This document shows positions 37,387 to 46,800 of a stretch of 54,798 nt of DNA, piece after piece. The notes beneath the pieces are model-generated. The model was not told the origin of the DNA. It was given only the letters and a program-made list of their open reading frames with translations, and ran no database searches. The position numbers and the translations under genes were made by a program. The stretch is from Candidatus Eiseniibacteriota bacterium. Lineage in GTDB: Bacteria > Eisenbacteria > RBG-16-71-46 > JABDJR01 > JAWXBZ01. The stretch lies in NCBI GenBank assembly GCA_034440375.1, contig JAWXBZ010000034.1:1-54798 (forward strand), in the 5' to 3' direction. How positions within the stretch are numbered: position 1 is the first letter of the stretch; the number at the start of each line of letters is the position of its first letter.

Positions 37387-37764
37387 TCAGGTCTCCTCAT
37401 CGTCGTCCGCCGGAAGTTTTCCTTCGCGCAGATCATGGAGCAACTGATCCATGTGGACTCCCCGGGCCGCCGAATCGTCCGCCTTGAAGTAAATCTCGGG
37501 GATGAAGCGGACGCGAATTCGACGGGCCAGCTCGCTCCGAACGAACCCCCGGGCATGGTCAAGAAGAGCGACGGCCGCCTTCAGTTCTTCCGGACCACCG
37601 AGTGCCGAGACGTGGATCTTTGCGGTACGGAGGTCGTCGGTCACGTCCACGCCGGTGATTGTCAGGAAGCCGCGACGCGGATCGCGCAGTTTGTTCTCGA
37701 TGATGTCCGAAACTTCGAACTGAATCTGATCGGCCAGGCGGAAGGCCCGGGGGTTGGGGCTCAT
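37387..37764 (-). CDS. rbfA: Ribosome-binding factor A
   Basis: LRDPR, ITGVDVTDDLRTAK, RFIPEIYFKADDS; synteny with infB and truB. Confidence 0.95.
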   Translation of the reverse strand: MSPNPRAFRLADQIQFEVSDIIENKLRDPRRGFLTITGVDVTDDLRTAKIHVSALGGPEELKAAVALLDHARGFVRSELARRIRVRFIPEIYFKADDSAARGVHMDQLLHDLREGKLPADDDEET

Positions 37765-37834
37765 GATTTTTCCCGAGGGCCGAATCGGCCCATGAAAACT
37801 TCCGGGCGACCCGGAGGCGGATAGTTCCGGCGGG

Positions 37835-38131
37835 TCACCATGGAGCCGGTGTCACATCCCAGTCGAATCCGGATACCAGGGCCCGGTGATCCCGTTCGAC
37901 GATACTCCGAACGTCCTGGATGCCCTTGTCGAGCCAGGCTGTTTCGCCGGACACCAGCGATACCGCGATGGTGGCCCGTTGCCAGAGATCCTGACCGTCC
38001 ACCTCGGCGACCGCCGCGTTCAGTGCCTTGAGTCGGTCCTTGACTCCGTGCACCACCGACCTCTTGTCCTTCAACGAGCGGCTCTGCGGAATGAAGAGCT
38101 CGATTCGAACCACACCGACAAAGAATCCCAT
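37835..38131 (-). CDS. DUF503 (YlxP) protein
   Basis: SRSLKDKRSVV, VAEVDGQDLWQR; lies between infB and rbfA. Confidence 0.9.
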   Translation of the reverse strand: MGFFVGVVRIELFIPQSRSLKDKRSVVHGVKDRLKALNAAVAEVDGQDLWQRATIAVSLVSGETAWLDKGIQDVRSIVERDHRALVSGFDWDVTPAPW

Positions 38132-38144
38132 GAGCCGGTCCGGA

Positions 38145-40418
38145 TCACTCGATCACTTTGTTGACGATCTTGACCGTGAAGGCCTCTATCAGGTCCCCCG
38201 CGACAACGTCCTTGTGGCCATCGAGTGCAATCCCGCAATCAAAGCCGCTGACAACCTCCTTCACGTCCTCCTTGAAACGCTTGAGCGAGGAGAGTCGGCC
38301 GGTGAAGAGGACCTCCCCCTCCCGACGCAGGCGGACGCGGCTGGTGCGGCCGATCGTTCCGCTTACGACCATGCAGCCGGCAATATTTCCGGTCTTGGAA
38401 ATGCTGAATACCTGGCGGACTTCGGCCACTCCCTGGGTCTCCTCGATCTCGTCCGGTTTCAGCATCCCCGAGAGGGCGCTCTTCACCTGCTCGATCACCT
38501 CGTAAATGATCTCGTACAGGTGCATGTCGACTTTTTCCCGCCGGGCCAGCTCGGCGGCCCGCGGCTCGGGGCGAACATGAAAGCCGATGACGATACCATT
38601 GGACGCGACCGCCAGACTGACATCGCTCTCGGTGATGAGCCCGACACCGGCATGAATCACCTTGCAACGAACCTCGTCATTGCCCAGCTTGCCGAGCTGC
38701 TCGGAAAGAACTTCAACCGACCCGGCCACGTCCGCCTTGAGCACGATCGGAAGCTCCGAGCGCTGGCCGAGCTGGATCTGTTCGTGGAAGTTGACGAGGC
38801 TGATCCTCTGGCGGCGGCGCATGGCCTCACGCTGGCGCATCGACCGTTCCTGGGCAATCTCGCGGGCCCGCTGGTCGGTGGCCGTGGCCTGAAAAACATC
38901 GCCCGCTTCCGGCGTGCCGGACCAGCCCAGGATCTCGGCCGGCGTCGAGGGGCCGGCATCCTTCAGCCGCAGGCCACGCTCATTGGCGAGGGCGCGGACT
39001 CGACCGTACTGCGTGCCGCAAACAAATGGATCGCCGACATGCAGCGTCCCTTCCTGGACGAGGACAGTGGCCACGATGCCCCGCCCCTTGTCGATCTTTG
39101 ATTCGATGACGACGCCCGAGGCAGCCTTGTTCGGATTGGCCGTGAGTTCAAGTACCTCCGCCTGGAGCAGGATCATGTCCAGAAGCTTGTCGACGTTGAT
39201 CCCCTTCTTGGCCGAGATTTCGGCAATCAGGGTCTTGCCGCCATATTCCTCGACGAGGACATTCTGCCCGGCCAGCTCCTGCTTGATGAGGAGCGGATTG
39301 GCTTCCGGAAGATCGATCTTGTTGATGGCCACGATAATCGGCACGTCGGCCGCCCGGGCATGGTTGATGGCCTCGATGGTTTGCGGCATGACGCGGCTGT
39401 CGGCCGCAATGACCAGCACGACGATATCCGTGGCCTGCGCCCCGCGGGCACGCATGGTCGTGAAGGCTTCATGGCCCGGGGTGTCGAGAAAAGTGACCTT
39501 CTGTCCACTGTCGAGCGCCACTTCATAGGCGCCGATGTGCTGCGTGATGCCGCCAACTTCTCCGGCCACCACGTTGGTCCGCCGGATGTAGTCGAGGAGC
39601 GAGGTCTTGCCATGGTCAACGTGTCCCATGATCGTCACGACCGGCGGCCGCGACTCAAGTGACTCCGCATCGTCATCGACAGATGTCTCGATGACCTCTT
39701 CTTCGTCCTCCTCGGCAAATTCGACTCCGTAACCGAATTCGTCGGCCACGGCCTCGATGGTCGTCCGATCGAGCCGCTGGTTGATTGTGGCCAGGACGCC
39801 AAGGCGCATGCACGCGGCAATCACCTCGGTCGACTTCACATCGAGATGATCCGCCAGGTCGCTGATCGTGATGAACTCGTTGACGCGGACGAATTTCTCG
39901 TCCTCGACGATGACGGTGCCGTCCTCGCGGACGCGGCGCCGTTTCTGCCGACGGGCACCGGCCCCCATGGTGGCCAGCGTCTTCTTGACGCTGTCCTTGA
40001 TGGCACGATCATCGACGGACGACCGTTTCTTTTTCCGATCCTTCCGGCGGAAGCCGGGGGGCCCGCCCGAGGGGGCCCCAGCCGGTGTCGGGCGTGCCGC
40101 CGCCTGTGCCGGCGGCGCACCGGACGGTCGGCGATCGGCCACGATTGGACTGGCCGGGAGCGCGGCAGTTTGCATCTTGCGCTGCTCCTCACGCACCAGT
40201 CGTTCTGCTTCGACCCGGGCTTCCCGCTTCCGGACGTCCTCAGCCTTGACCGCCTCCTGTTCCCGTTGGAATTTCTGGCGGATCTGGTCGATCGTCGCAT
40301 CTTCGACGGTGCTCATGTGGCTTTTCACCTCCACATTGAGACCGCGAAGAATTTCCAGCAGGGCTTCGCTGGAAATCTGGAAGTCCTTGGCAACCTGGTA
40401 AACCCGGAGTTTCGTCAA
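38145..40418 (-). CDS. infB: Translation initiation factor IF-2
   Basis: KLRVYQVAK, RPPVVTIMGHVDHGKTSLLD, DTPGHEAF, NKID. TTG start at 40418 (or ATG at 40424). Confidence 0.99.
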   Translation of the reverse strand: MTKLRVYQVAKDFQISSEALLEILRGLNVEVKSHMSTVEDATIDQIRQKFQREQEAVKAEDVRKREARVEAERLVREEQRKMQTAALPASPIVADRRPSGAPPAQAAARPTPAGAPSGGPPGFRRKDRKKKRSSVDDRAIKDSVKKTLATMGAGARRQKRRRVREDGTVIVEDEKFVRVNEFITISDLADHLDVKSTEVIAACMRLGVLATINQRLDRTTIEAVADEFGYGVEFAEEDEEEVIETSVDDDAESLESRPPVVTIMGHVDHGKTSLLDYIRRTNVVAGEVGGITQHIGAYEVALDSGQKVTFLDTPGHEAFTTMRARGAQATDIVVLVIAADSRVMPQTIEAINHARAADVPIIVAINKIDLPEANPLLIKQELAGQNVLVEEYGGKTLIAEISAKKGINVDKLLDMILLQAEVLELTANPNKAASGVVIESKIDKGRGIVATVLVQEGTLHVGDPFVCGTQYGRVRALANERGLRLKDAGPSTPAEILGWSGTPEAGDVFQATATDQRAREIAQERSMRQREAMRRRQRISLVNFHEQIQLGQRSELPIVLKADVAGSVEVLSEQLGKLGNDEVRCKVIHAGVGLITESDVSLAVASNGIVIGFHVRPEPRAAELARREKVDMHLYEIIYEVIEQVKSALSGMLKPDEIEETQGVAEVRQVFSISKTGNIAGCMVVSGTIGRTSRVRLRREGEVLFTGRLSSLKRFKEDVKEVVSGFDCGIALDGHKDVVAGDLIEAFTVKIVNKVIE

Positions 40419-40567
40419 AAGCATCCTCTCTTTCAGACGCAGACCGGAAGCCGCCACCGCGGCGTTCCGGCCCGACGTCGATGACCTGTCGATGATCCGC
40501 GTCGGCCGAATGCGGAGGCAATGGCCGAAATCACGGCCGGAGGCGCCAGGCGCCCCCGGATCATCGA

Positions 40568-42250
40568 TTACTCGTCGTCATTATCTCCGTCGAGGTCGAT
40601 ATCGAGGTCGGTAAGATCATCTTCCTCGAAGTCCTCTTCCTCGTCGTCAACCTTGTCATCAGCCTCTTCGTCGGCGTCATCCTCTTCGTCATCGTCGTCC
40701 TCGTTCTCGTCGGGATCATCCCAAAGCTTGTGTTCATCTTCCCCGCGACCACGCAGGAGCGTCTCACGATCTGGTTTCATGTCCATGGATTCCATCATCG
40801 ACTCCGAAGGCTCGGCCTCCACTACAGGGTTGTGCGCCTCGTCGCCGGTCGCCCGCGGGGCATCCGGCTCCGCTTCCGATATGTCGACTTCATCCGGATC
40901 CGTCGAATCCCTGGGCGGACTTGCCTCGGATTCCATGACGGATTCGGCCTCGGCCGCGCCGATTGGCCCGGGTTCAGTTGCGGCGGCAGCGGCCGAAGCC
41001 GCCTGGCCGGCAACCACCAGGGCCGCCACAGCGGTGGCCAACAACTTTTCGGCGGTTTTCTCGCCGACGCCCTCGACGGCAGTCAGGCCGGCCAGGCCTG
41101 CTTTTTCAACTTCACGCGCCGTTTCGATTCCCGATTGGACGAGCTTCTGGGCCATCTTGGGCGTCAGGCCCTCGAGTTCCTCGACCGGGACATCCACAAC
41201 GCCCGCCTTCTTCCGGGCTTCGTTCTCGGATTGGCTGATCAGGTCAATGTGCCAGCCGGTCAGTCGGGCCGCCAGCCGGGCATTTTGTCCCCCCTTGCCA
41301 ATGGCAAGGGAAAGCTGATCGTCCACCACAACCACGGTGACCCTCTTGTCCGCTTCCTGGGCCGCAGCCTGCAATACCTTGGCCGGATTCAGGGCCCGGC
41401 TGACGAAAAGGGCCGGGTCGGAACTCCACGGTACAATGTCAATCCGTTCGCCGCCAAGTTCCCGCACGATCGACTGCACGCGCGATCCCTTGATGCCGAC
41501 GCAGGCACCAACCGCATCGATGCGATCATCCCGTGAATAAACCGCAATTTTCGAACGGTGCCCCGCCTCACGCGCCACGCTCTTGATCTCGACGATTCCC
41601 TCGGCGATCTCGGGAACTTCAGCCTCGAACAATTTGACCAGAAAGTCTGGATGCGTGCGTGACAGGATGACCTGGGGCCCCTTGCTCTGTTTGTCGACCG
41701 ACAGGACGTAGGCCCGTACGTGATCACGCTGCCGGAATCGGTCCCGGCTGATGAGTTCGCGCGCGGGGATGACCGCTTCGGTCAGGTTGATCTTGACGAA
41801 GACGCTTCCCCGATCCACCTGCTGGACAACCCCGCGAACGAGTGAACCGACCTTGTCCACGTACTCGTCATAGACCATTTCGCGTTCGGCTTCGCGCACG
41901 CGCTGAACCAGCACCTGCTTGGCCGCCATGATGGCGTTCCGGCCGAATTCGGCGATGTCCAGCGGGATCATGACTTCCTGGCCCACGATGGAGTTCGGAT
42001 CGACGACCAGCGCGTCGCGCAGGGTCATCTCAAGGGAGGGATCCGTGATGGTCTCGACGACCGACTTGGTGAGCCACATCTCGATGCCGCCACGCACTTC
42101 GTCAAACCGGACGCCGACCTGAGCGTTCAGGCCAAACTTCTTCCGGGCCGCCGACAGGAGCCCCTGTTCGAGCGTCTCGATCAGAAGCTTCCGGTCGACG
42201 CTTTTTTCCCGGGCGATCTGCCCGAGGGCCTCGATGATGTTGTAGTTCAC
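40568..42250 (-). CDS. nusA: Transcription elongation factor NusA with long acidic C-terminal tail
   Basis: FGRNAIMAAKQ, LSRTHP, AREAGHRSKIAV, SLAIGKGGQNARLAARLTGW, HhH, D/E-rich tail. Confidence 0.98.
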   Translation of the reverse strand: MNYNIIEALGQIAREKSVDRKLLIETLEQGLLSAARKKFGLNAQVGVRFDEVRGGIEMWLTKSVVETITDPSLEMTLRDALVVDPNSIVGQEVMIPLDIAEFGRNAIMAAKQVLVQRVREAEREMVYDEYVDKVGSLVRGVVQQVDRGSVFVKINLTEAVIPARELISRDRFRQRDHVRAYVLSVDKQSKGPQVILSRTHPDFLVKLFEAEVPEIAEGIVEIKSVAREAGHRSKIAVYSRDDRIDAVGACVGIKGSRVQSIVRELGGERIDIVPWSSDPALFVSRALNPAKVLQAAAQEADKRVTVVVVDDQLSLAIGKGGQNARLAARLTGWHIDLISQSENEARKKAGVVDVPVEELEGLTPKMAQKLVQSGIETAREVEKAGLAGLTAVEGVGEKTAEKLLATAVAALVVAGQAASAAAAATEPGPIGAAEAESVMESEASPPRDSTDPDEVDISEAEPDAPRATGDEAHNPVVEAEPSESMMESMDMKPDRETLLRGRGEDEHKLWDDPDENEDDDDEEDDADEEADDKVDDEEEDFEEDDLTDLDIDLDGDNDDE

Positions 42251-42348
42251 TCTGGTCTTTCCCCGTTCGTGACGGCCAATGGCGATAGTCCGGCCGCCGG
42301 AATCCTGCCCATCGGGCAGGTTCGACTTCGTGGCGCCGGACCCAACAC

Positions 42349-42837
42349 CTAGCGACGGCCCTTGGCTATCTCCCAGGGGTCGCGTTTCAACTGTGCCTTC
42401 TTGATGTCCTCGATGGGGATCCGGGTCAACCCGACATCGGGCTGATCGAGGACAAGTATCTCGTCCTCGACGCCCCGGATGACCCCGTGATGCTGGGATC
42501 GTCCCTCGATCGGAGCGGTGGTCGTCACCGCGGCCGACTCGCCGCGGAAGCGTAGAAAGTCCAACGCGCCCTTGAGTGGCCGGTCGATCCCCGGCGAGGA
42601 AACTTCGAGTACATACGACTGAAGCCCCATGTCCCCTGCCGCATCCAGGTGATCCCCGAGCAGGCGGGTCACCCGGGCACAGTCGGCCAGCCCGACCCCT
42701 TTCGGGTGATCGATGAACACGCGAATAGTCGACCGCCGGGCCGCTTGCGCCACCTCGACATCGACCAACTCGTATTCAGTGCCGGTGAGTACGTCGGAAA
42801 TCAGCCGGGTTACCCGGTCGGCCCGGTCCCGAGACAT
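42349..42837 (-). CDS. rimP: Ribosome maturation factor RimP
   Basis: IRVFID, YVLEVSSPGIDRPL; ATG at 42837. Confidence 0.95.
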   Translation of the reverse strand: MSRDRADRVTRLISDVLTGTEYELVDVEVAQAARRSTIRVFIDHPKGVGLADCARVTRLLGDHLDAAGDMGLQSYVLEVSSPGIDRPLKGALDFLRFRGESAAVTTTAPIEGRSQHHGVIRGVEDEILVLDQPDVGLTRIPIEDIKKAQLKRDPWEIAKGRR

Positions 42838-42859
42838 CGGTTGAATCGAATCCCCTAAA

Positions 42860-42889
42860 ACGAAATAGAGTGGACGGTTTGGCCCACTC
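42860..42889 (-). promoter_or_regulatory. rimP leader hairpin
   Basis: GAGTGGGC-CAAACC-GTCCACTC followed by a T-rich run, matching the widespread GAGUGGG/CCCACUC leader of rimP-nusA operons. Confidence 0.7.
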
Positions 42890-42897
42890 ACACTGGG

Positions 42898-42927
42898 AAG
42901 CTACTACATGGGTTACGAAGCCTGCAA
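42898..42927 (-). promoter_or_regulatory. Probable rimP operon promoter
   Basis: TTGCAG-N18-TAGCTT just upstream of the leader hairpin. Confidence 0.45.
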
Positions 42928-42963
42928 GCCGTTTTTTCCTGCGGAGCCCCCCCGGAGAACCAT

Positions 42964-43869
42964 TCAGGGCCGGTAGAGAAGACGGACCAGAACATCCCCG
43001 ACCACTTGCAGACTCGCCGGGGAGACCTTGTCCGGCGTGTCGGCCAGGGTGTGCCAGTGCTTGTAGTGAAAATCAATCAGGACCATGCAGGGGATCCCGG
43101 CGGCAATCAACGGGAGGTGATCATCCTCAACGTAGTAGCCGATCTGGTCGGCAAAGAAATCCGGGGCAACCTCCCTGGCGCCCTCCCAGAACCAGCGGAC
43201 CTGGTCCGGCACCGCCTGGAAGGAGTTGCCCTCCACGTAGAACAGCAGATCGGAGTCTCCCACCATGTCGAGCAGAACGGCGTGCTCGGGAGGTTTCTGG
43301 CCGAGGGCCCGACGACCGTACTCCCGGGAACCTCGGAAATAACCGTCCGGGTTGGCGGACGTCCCCAGGTCCTCTCCGTCAAAGAAAACCAGGTCGACGC
43401 CAACCGGAGGCGGATTCGTCTTGAAGTGACGTGCCAGCTGCAAAAGGACAGCTACACCCGAGGCTCCGTCATTGGCTCCGAGAATCGGTTCGCTTCGCCG
43501 CGTCGAGTCGGGATCCAGATCGGCCCAGGGGCGCGTGTCCCAATGAGCCGCCAGAAGGATCCGCCGGGGATTTTCCGGCCTGAAACTGGCCAGAAGATTG
43601 CACATCGAGAGCGGCGTTTTCGCGCCGGGAAGCGTGTAGGAAAACGGCTGGCGGCGGACGACCGCACCACTCGCGCGCAAGTCGGCCTCCATCCATCCGA
43701 GGCACTTCCGGTGTCCCGCCGAGCCGGGATTCCTGGGACCGAAGCCGCACTGGGTGCGGACGAGCTCCCAGGCCACCTGACCATCAAATACGGGCGGATC
43801 CGTTCCCCCGGCAAAGCTCGCCCCGGCCAGGACAAGGCCAAGAGCCGCCGCAAGCACCCCTTTCATCAT
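42964..43869 (-). CDS. M28-family exported protein, glutaminyl-cyclase-like
   Basis: Signal peptide; FGPRNPGS, AHWDTRPWAD, GANDGASG, FFDGED, LDMVG, DDH, WHT; start overlaps the sprA stop (TGATG). Confidence 0.85.
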   Translation of the reverse strand: MMKGVLAAALGLVLAGASFAGGTDPPVFDGQVAWELVRTQCGFGPRNPGSAGHRKCLGWMEADLRASGAVVRRQPFSYTLPGAKTPLSMCNLLASFRPENPRRILLAAHWDTRPWADLDPDSTRRSEPILGANDGASGVAVLLQLARHFKTNPPPVGVDLVFFDGEDLGTSANPDGYFRGSREYGRRALGQKPPEHAVLLDMVGDSDLLFYVEGNSFQAVPDQVRWFWEGAREVAPDFFADQIGYYVEDDHLPLIAAGIPCMVLIDFHYKHWHTLADTPDKVSPASLQVVGDVLVRLLYRP

Positions 43870-46800
43870 CAAAAGGTGATCGCCGCCGTCGCCTGCAGTC
43901 CGAGGGTGCGATCAGCCGTGCGGGCCTGAAGGTCGCGGCGCTGGGTGTAGTTCAGCTGCATGGAACCGGACACGTTGGTCGTGAAGCGGTAACTGGTCGA
44001 AAAGCGTCCCTGCAGGTTGTCGGTGCGATTCCGGACGTCGGTGCTGCTGACGTAATCATTCAAGGTCGAGTCCTTGTTGTATGTGAAATCGAAGTTCAGA
44101 TCGATCGTGTTCCGCACGCCACCCCGGCCCCCACTGCGCATGTTGAGAGACTTGGCGAGCGTCAGGCGGTACGCGTCGGAGGTGCGCGTCGTCACGAGAC
44201 CCGCGGTCGTCTGCCCGCCGGTGTTGGACTCGCTGATCGTGGATGAGTGGTCGGCCGAAAACTGGGTGCGCACACCATTTCGCCAGTTGGCGTCGAACTG
44301 GAGGAGCGGCCGCCAGCTGCTCGTGCTGGTAACTCGCTCGCGAGGATTCGACGCGGTCCCCTGCTCCTCGGATCGTTTTTCGTAGCCGCTGGACGCAGTG
44401 AATGAAGTGAAAAATCGCGTCAAGTGCAGTTTCTTCTCCAGCGAGTTCAGGTTCATTCGAAGACCCGGCCAGATCGTGCTCGAACTGCGGCTGACAGCCC
44501 GATTATTCTCCTGTTCCGACTCCGTGTACTGAAAATTGGCGTCGACAGCGATATCCCGGAGAAAGGTCACCGCGCTGTTGCCCGATGCCGACTTCGTAAC
44601 GGTGCTGCTCACTGTTGAATTGTCGGCTTGCTCGACCCCGTCAAGTTGATCCGACAGGCCCAGCCGGAATGGAATCGAGGGGCTGCCATGAACGCGGTTG
44701 GCACTGTTCCGGTCGGACAGGTTGAAATTGGTTCGGATATCACCGATCTGGATAAGGTCGCGGAACAGTACCGAGCCGAGGGTGGGCGGAGGAGCGGCGG
44801 CCTTTCTGGCTCGTTCGGCCTCGGCCTCCCGACGGCGGCGCTCCTCTTCCGCCTTTCGTTCGGCGTCCTCGGTGCGACGACGCGCCTCTTCCTCAGTCCG
44901 GGCACGGCTCAGTGCTCCCGGAGGGGTAGGTTTCACGCCGGCCTCTGTTGGAGAAACTCCCGGTGGGAGCGCCGTCGTGTCGGGGGCGGCTCCGGCGGCA
45001 ACCGTATCGTCCGATCGATCCACGGTCCCGGGGGTCGTCGTTGAGTCAGCCGCCGGTGGATCATTCTTTCGCTTCTGTCCCCCGATCCCCCCGCGGGAGT
45101 CCTCCTTTTTCTTCATCTCCTTGAGGCGCTCCGCTTCCTTTTTTCGGTCTCTTTCGGCGTCCTCGCGCGCCCGCTTCTCGTCTTCCGCCTGTCGTTTCGC
45201 CTCGGCCACGGCGTCCTTCCGGCGCTGGTCGTCTTCTTTCCGAAGGCGCTCCGCCTCCTCTTTTGCAGCTTCCTCCGCCGCCTTCTTCTGCTTTTCGATC
45301 ATCCTGGGATCGGTCGGCACCGGGGTCGCCGGGGGTTCGCCGGTCGCCCCACCGGCGGAGATTTCATTGGATGGAATGCCCCCCACACCCAGCGTGTCCA
45401 GACCCGAACCGTTTCCCAGGCCCGGCTGAGTCGAGTCGCCGGCGGCAGGTCGGTTGTCGGGGATTGGCGTAACGACCTGAGGCGGCAACGTCAACGGAGG
45501 CTTCATCGCATCCGGCGTCGCGTCAGCCCCACCGGCGGGGGGCGGTGTCTTGACAGCGGCCTTGCCTGGTGTGGCGAGCTTGCGAAAAAGCGCCGCCATC
45601 GGGATCGTCCAGCTCACCTGCGTGCTGCTCCGGTTTTCGACATTTTTGAGATCCGGTGGAACCACACGTCCCGTATCGGGATTATCGGCATTGGCGATAT
45701 CGGTGCTGGTGGTGATCTCCGCCCCGTGGTTCTCGTTGTACTCACCGGTCCAGGACAGGCGTGGCCGGAAAAACGAGGTCAGGTTGAGCGATTGGCTGAA
45801 GGTCAGCCGCTCGGACCGGCTGACTTCGCGCCCAAGATCGATGCCTCCGATCTTGAGCGCCGGGCGATAATTCGTCCCATCGTCAATCACGAATCGGCTG
45901 AAATTCAGGTCGGAAAGATCTCGCTGGCTGGTCAGAGTAAAGGTGACCGGCGGTAACGGCCGCCAGCTGCTCTGGAATCCGAGTCCTTCGTTCTTGAGCT
46001 TTGTCTCCCGCAGCTTGCGCGGGTTGTCCGGGTCGGCCGCATCGCGGACGTAGTTGACCGACTTCTGCTCCTGCACGGTGTACGAGGTAGACACGTTTTC
46101 AGGAAAGACCGTCAGCTTCCACCGCCCCGGCAGCGGCAGACCGATCGGATTCGCGATGTGCATGCCCCAGGTTGCCCCGGCGCTGACCCCCTGGCTCGAA
46201 TCGATGGAAGTCGTGGCACGGTTATAGGTCCGGTTGGCACCGAATCGGAGCGACAGCGCGTCAATGGTGTTTCGGACGATCCAGGGGGTGTACTGGTTCG
46301 AGAGCCGGCGAACCGACAGGTTTACGGCCCGGCTGGAGGTTTGGGTGATGTCCAGGCCGGAACCATCACCGTCGAAAACAATGTCGTTGTTGGCCCGAAA
46401 TTTGGGGACGTTGCGGGAATTTCGATAGTCGAAGCTTAACGGCAACTGCAGATTGGCGCCCGGCGTCAGTTTGTCCAAATTCGCCGTTGAACTGAACGTC
46501 AGGCTTTGTGTGCTGATGCCGTTGCCCCGACTCTGGCCAAGGGTCAGAAAGTCGGCGTTCCGCCGATCGATGGCTGTCGAGACGGTGGCCAGATCACCCA
46601 TGTTGAAACTGACGGCACCGCGCCCGGCCAAACCGTTGTCGCGCCGGACCTCACCGAGTCGCAGCTCGTTAAACCAGACCTCGCGTTTCGCGATGCGTTG
46701 GCTGCCGATGTTGCGCAGGCCGACCTGCAACCGCCGGAGCTGACTGAACGACGGCTGCCCGTAGATGCGCGCCCGCCAGCCATTTGAGATCATCGTGTCC

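Noticed and set aside
40521-41318. Ser-rich 265-aa plus-strand ORF
   Set aside because: Antisense shadow of the GAC/GAG-rich acidic NusA tail.
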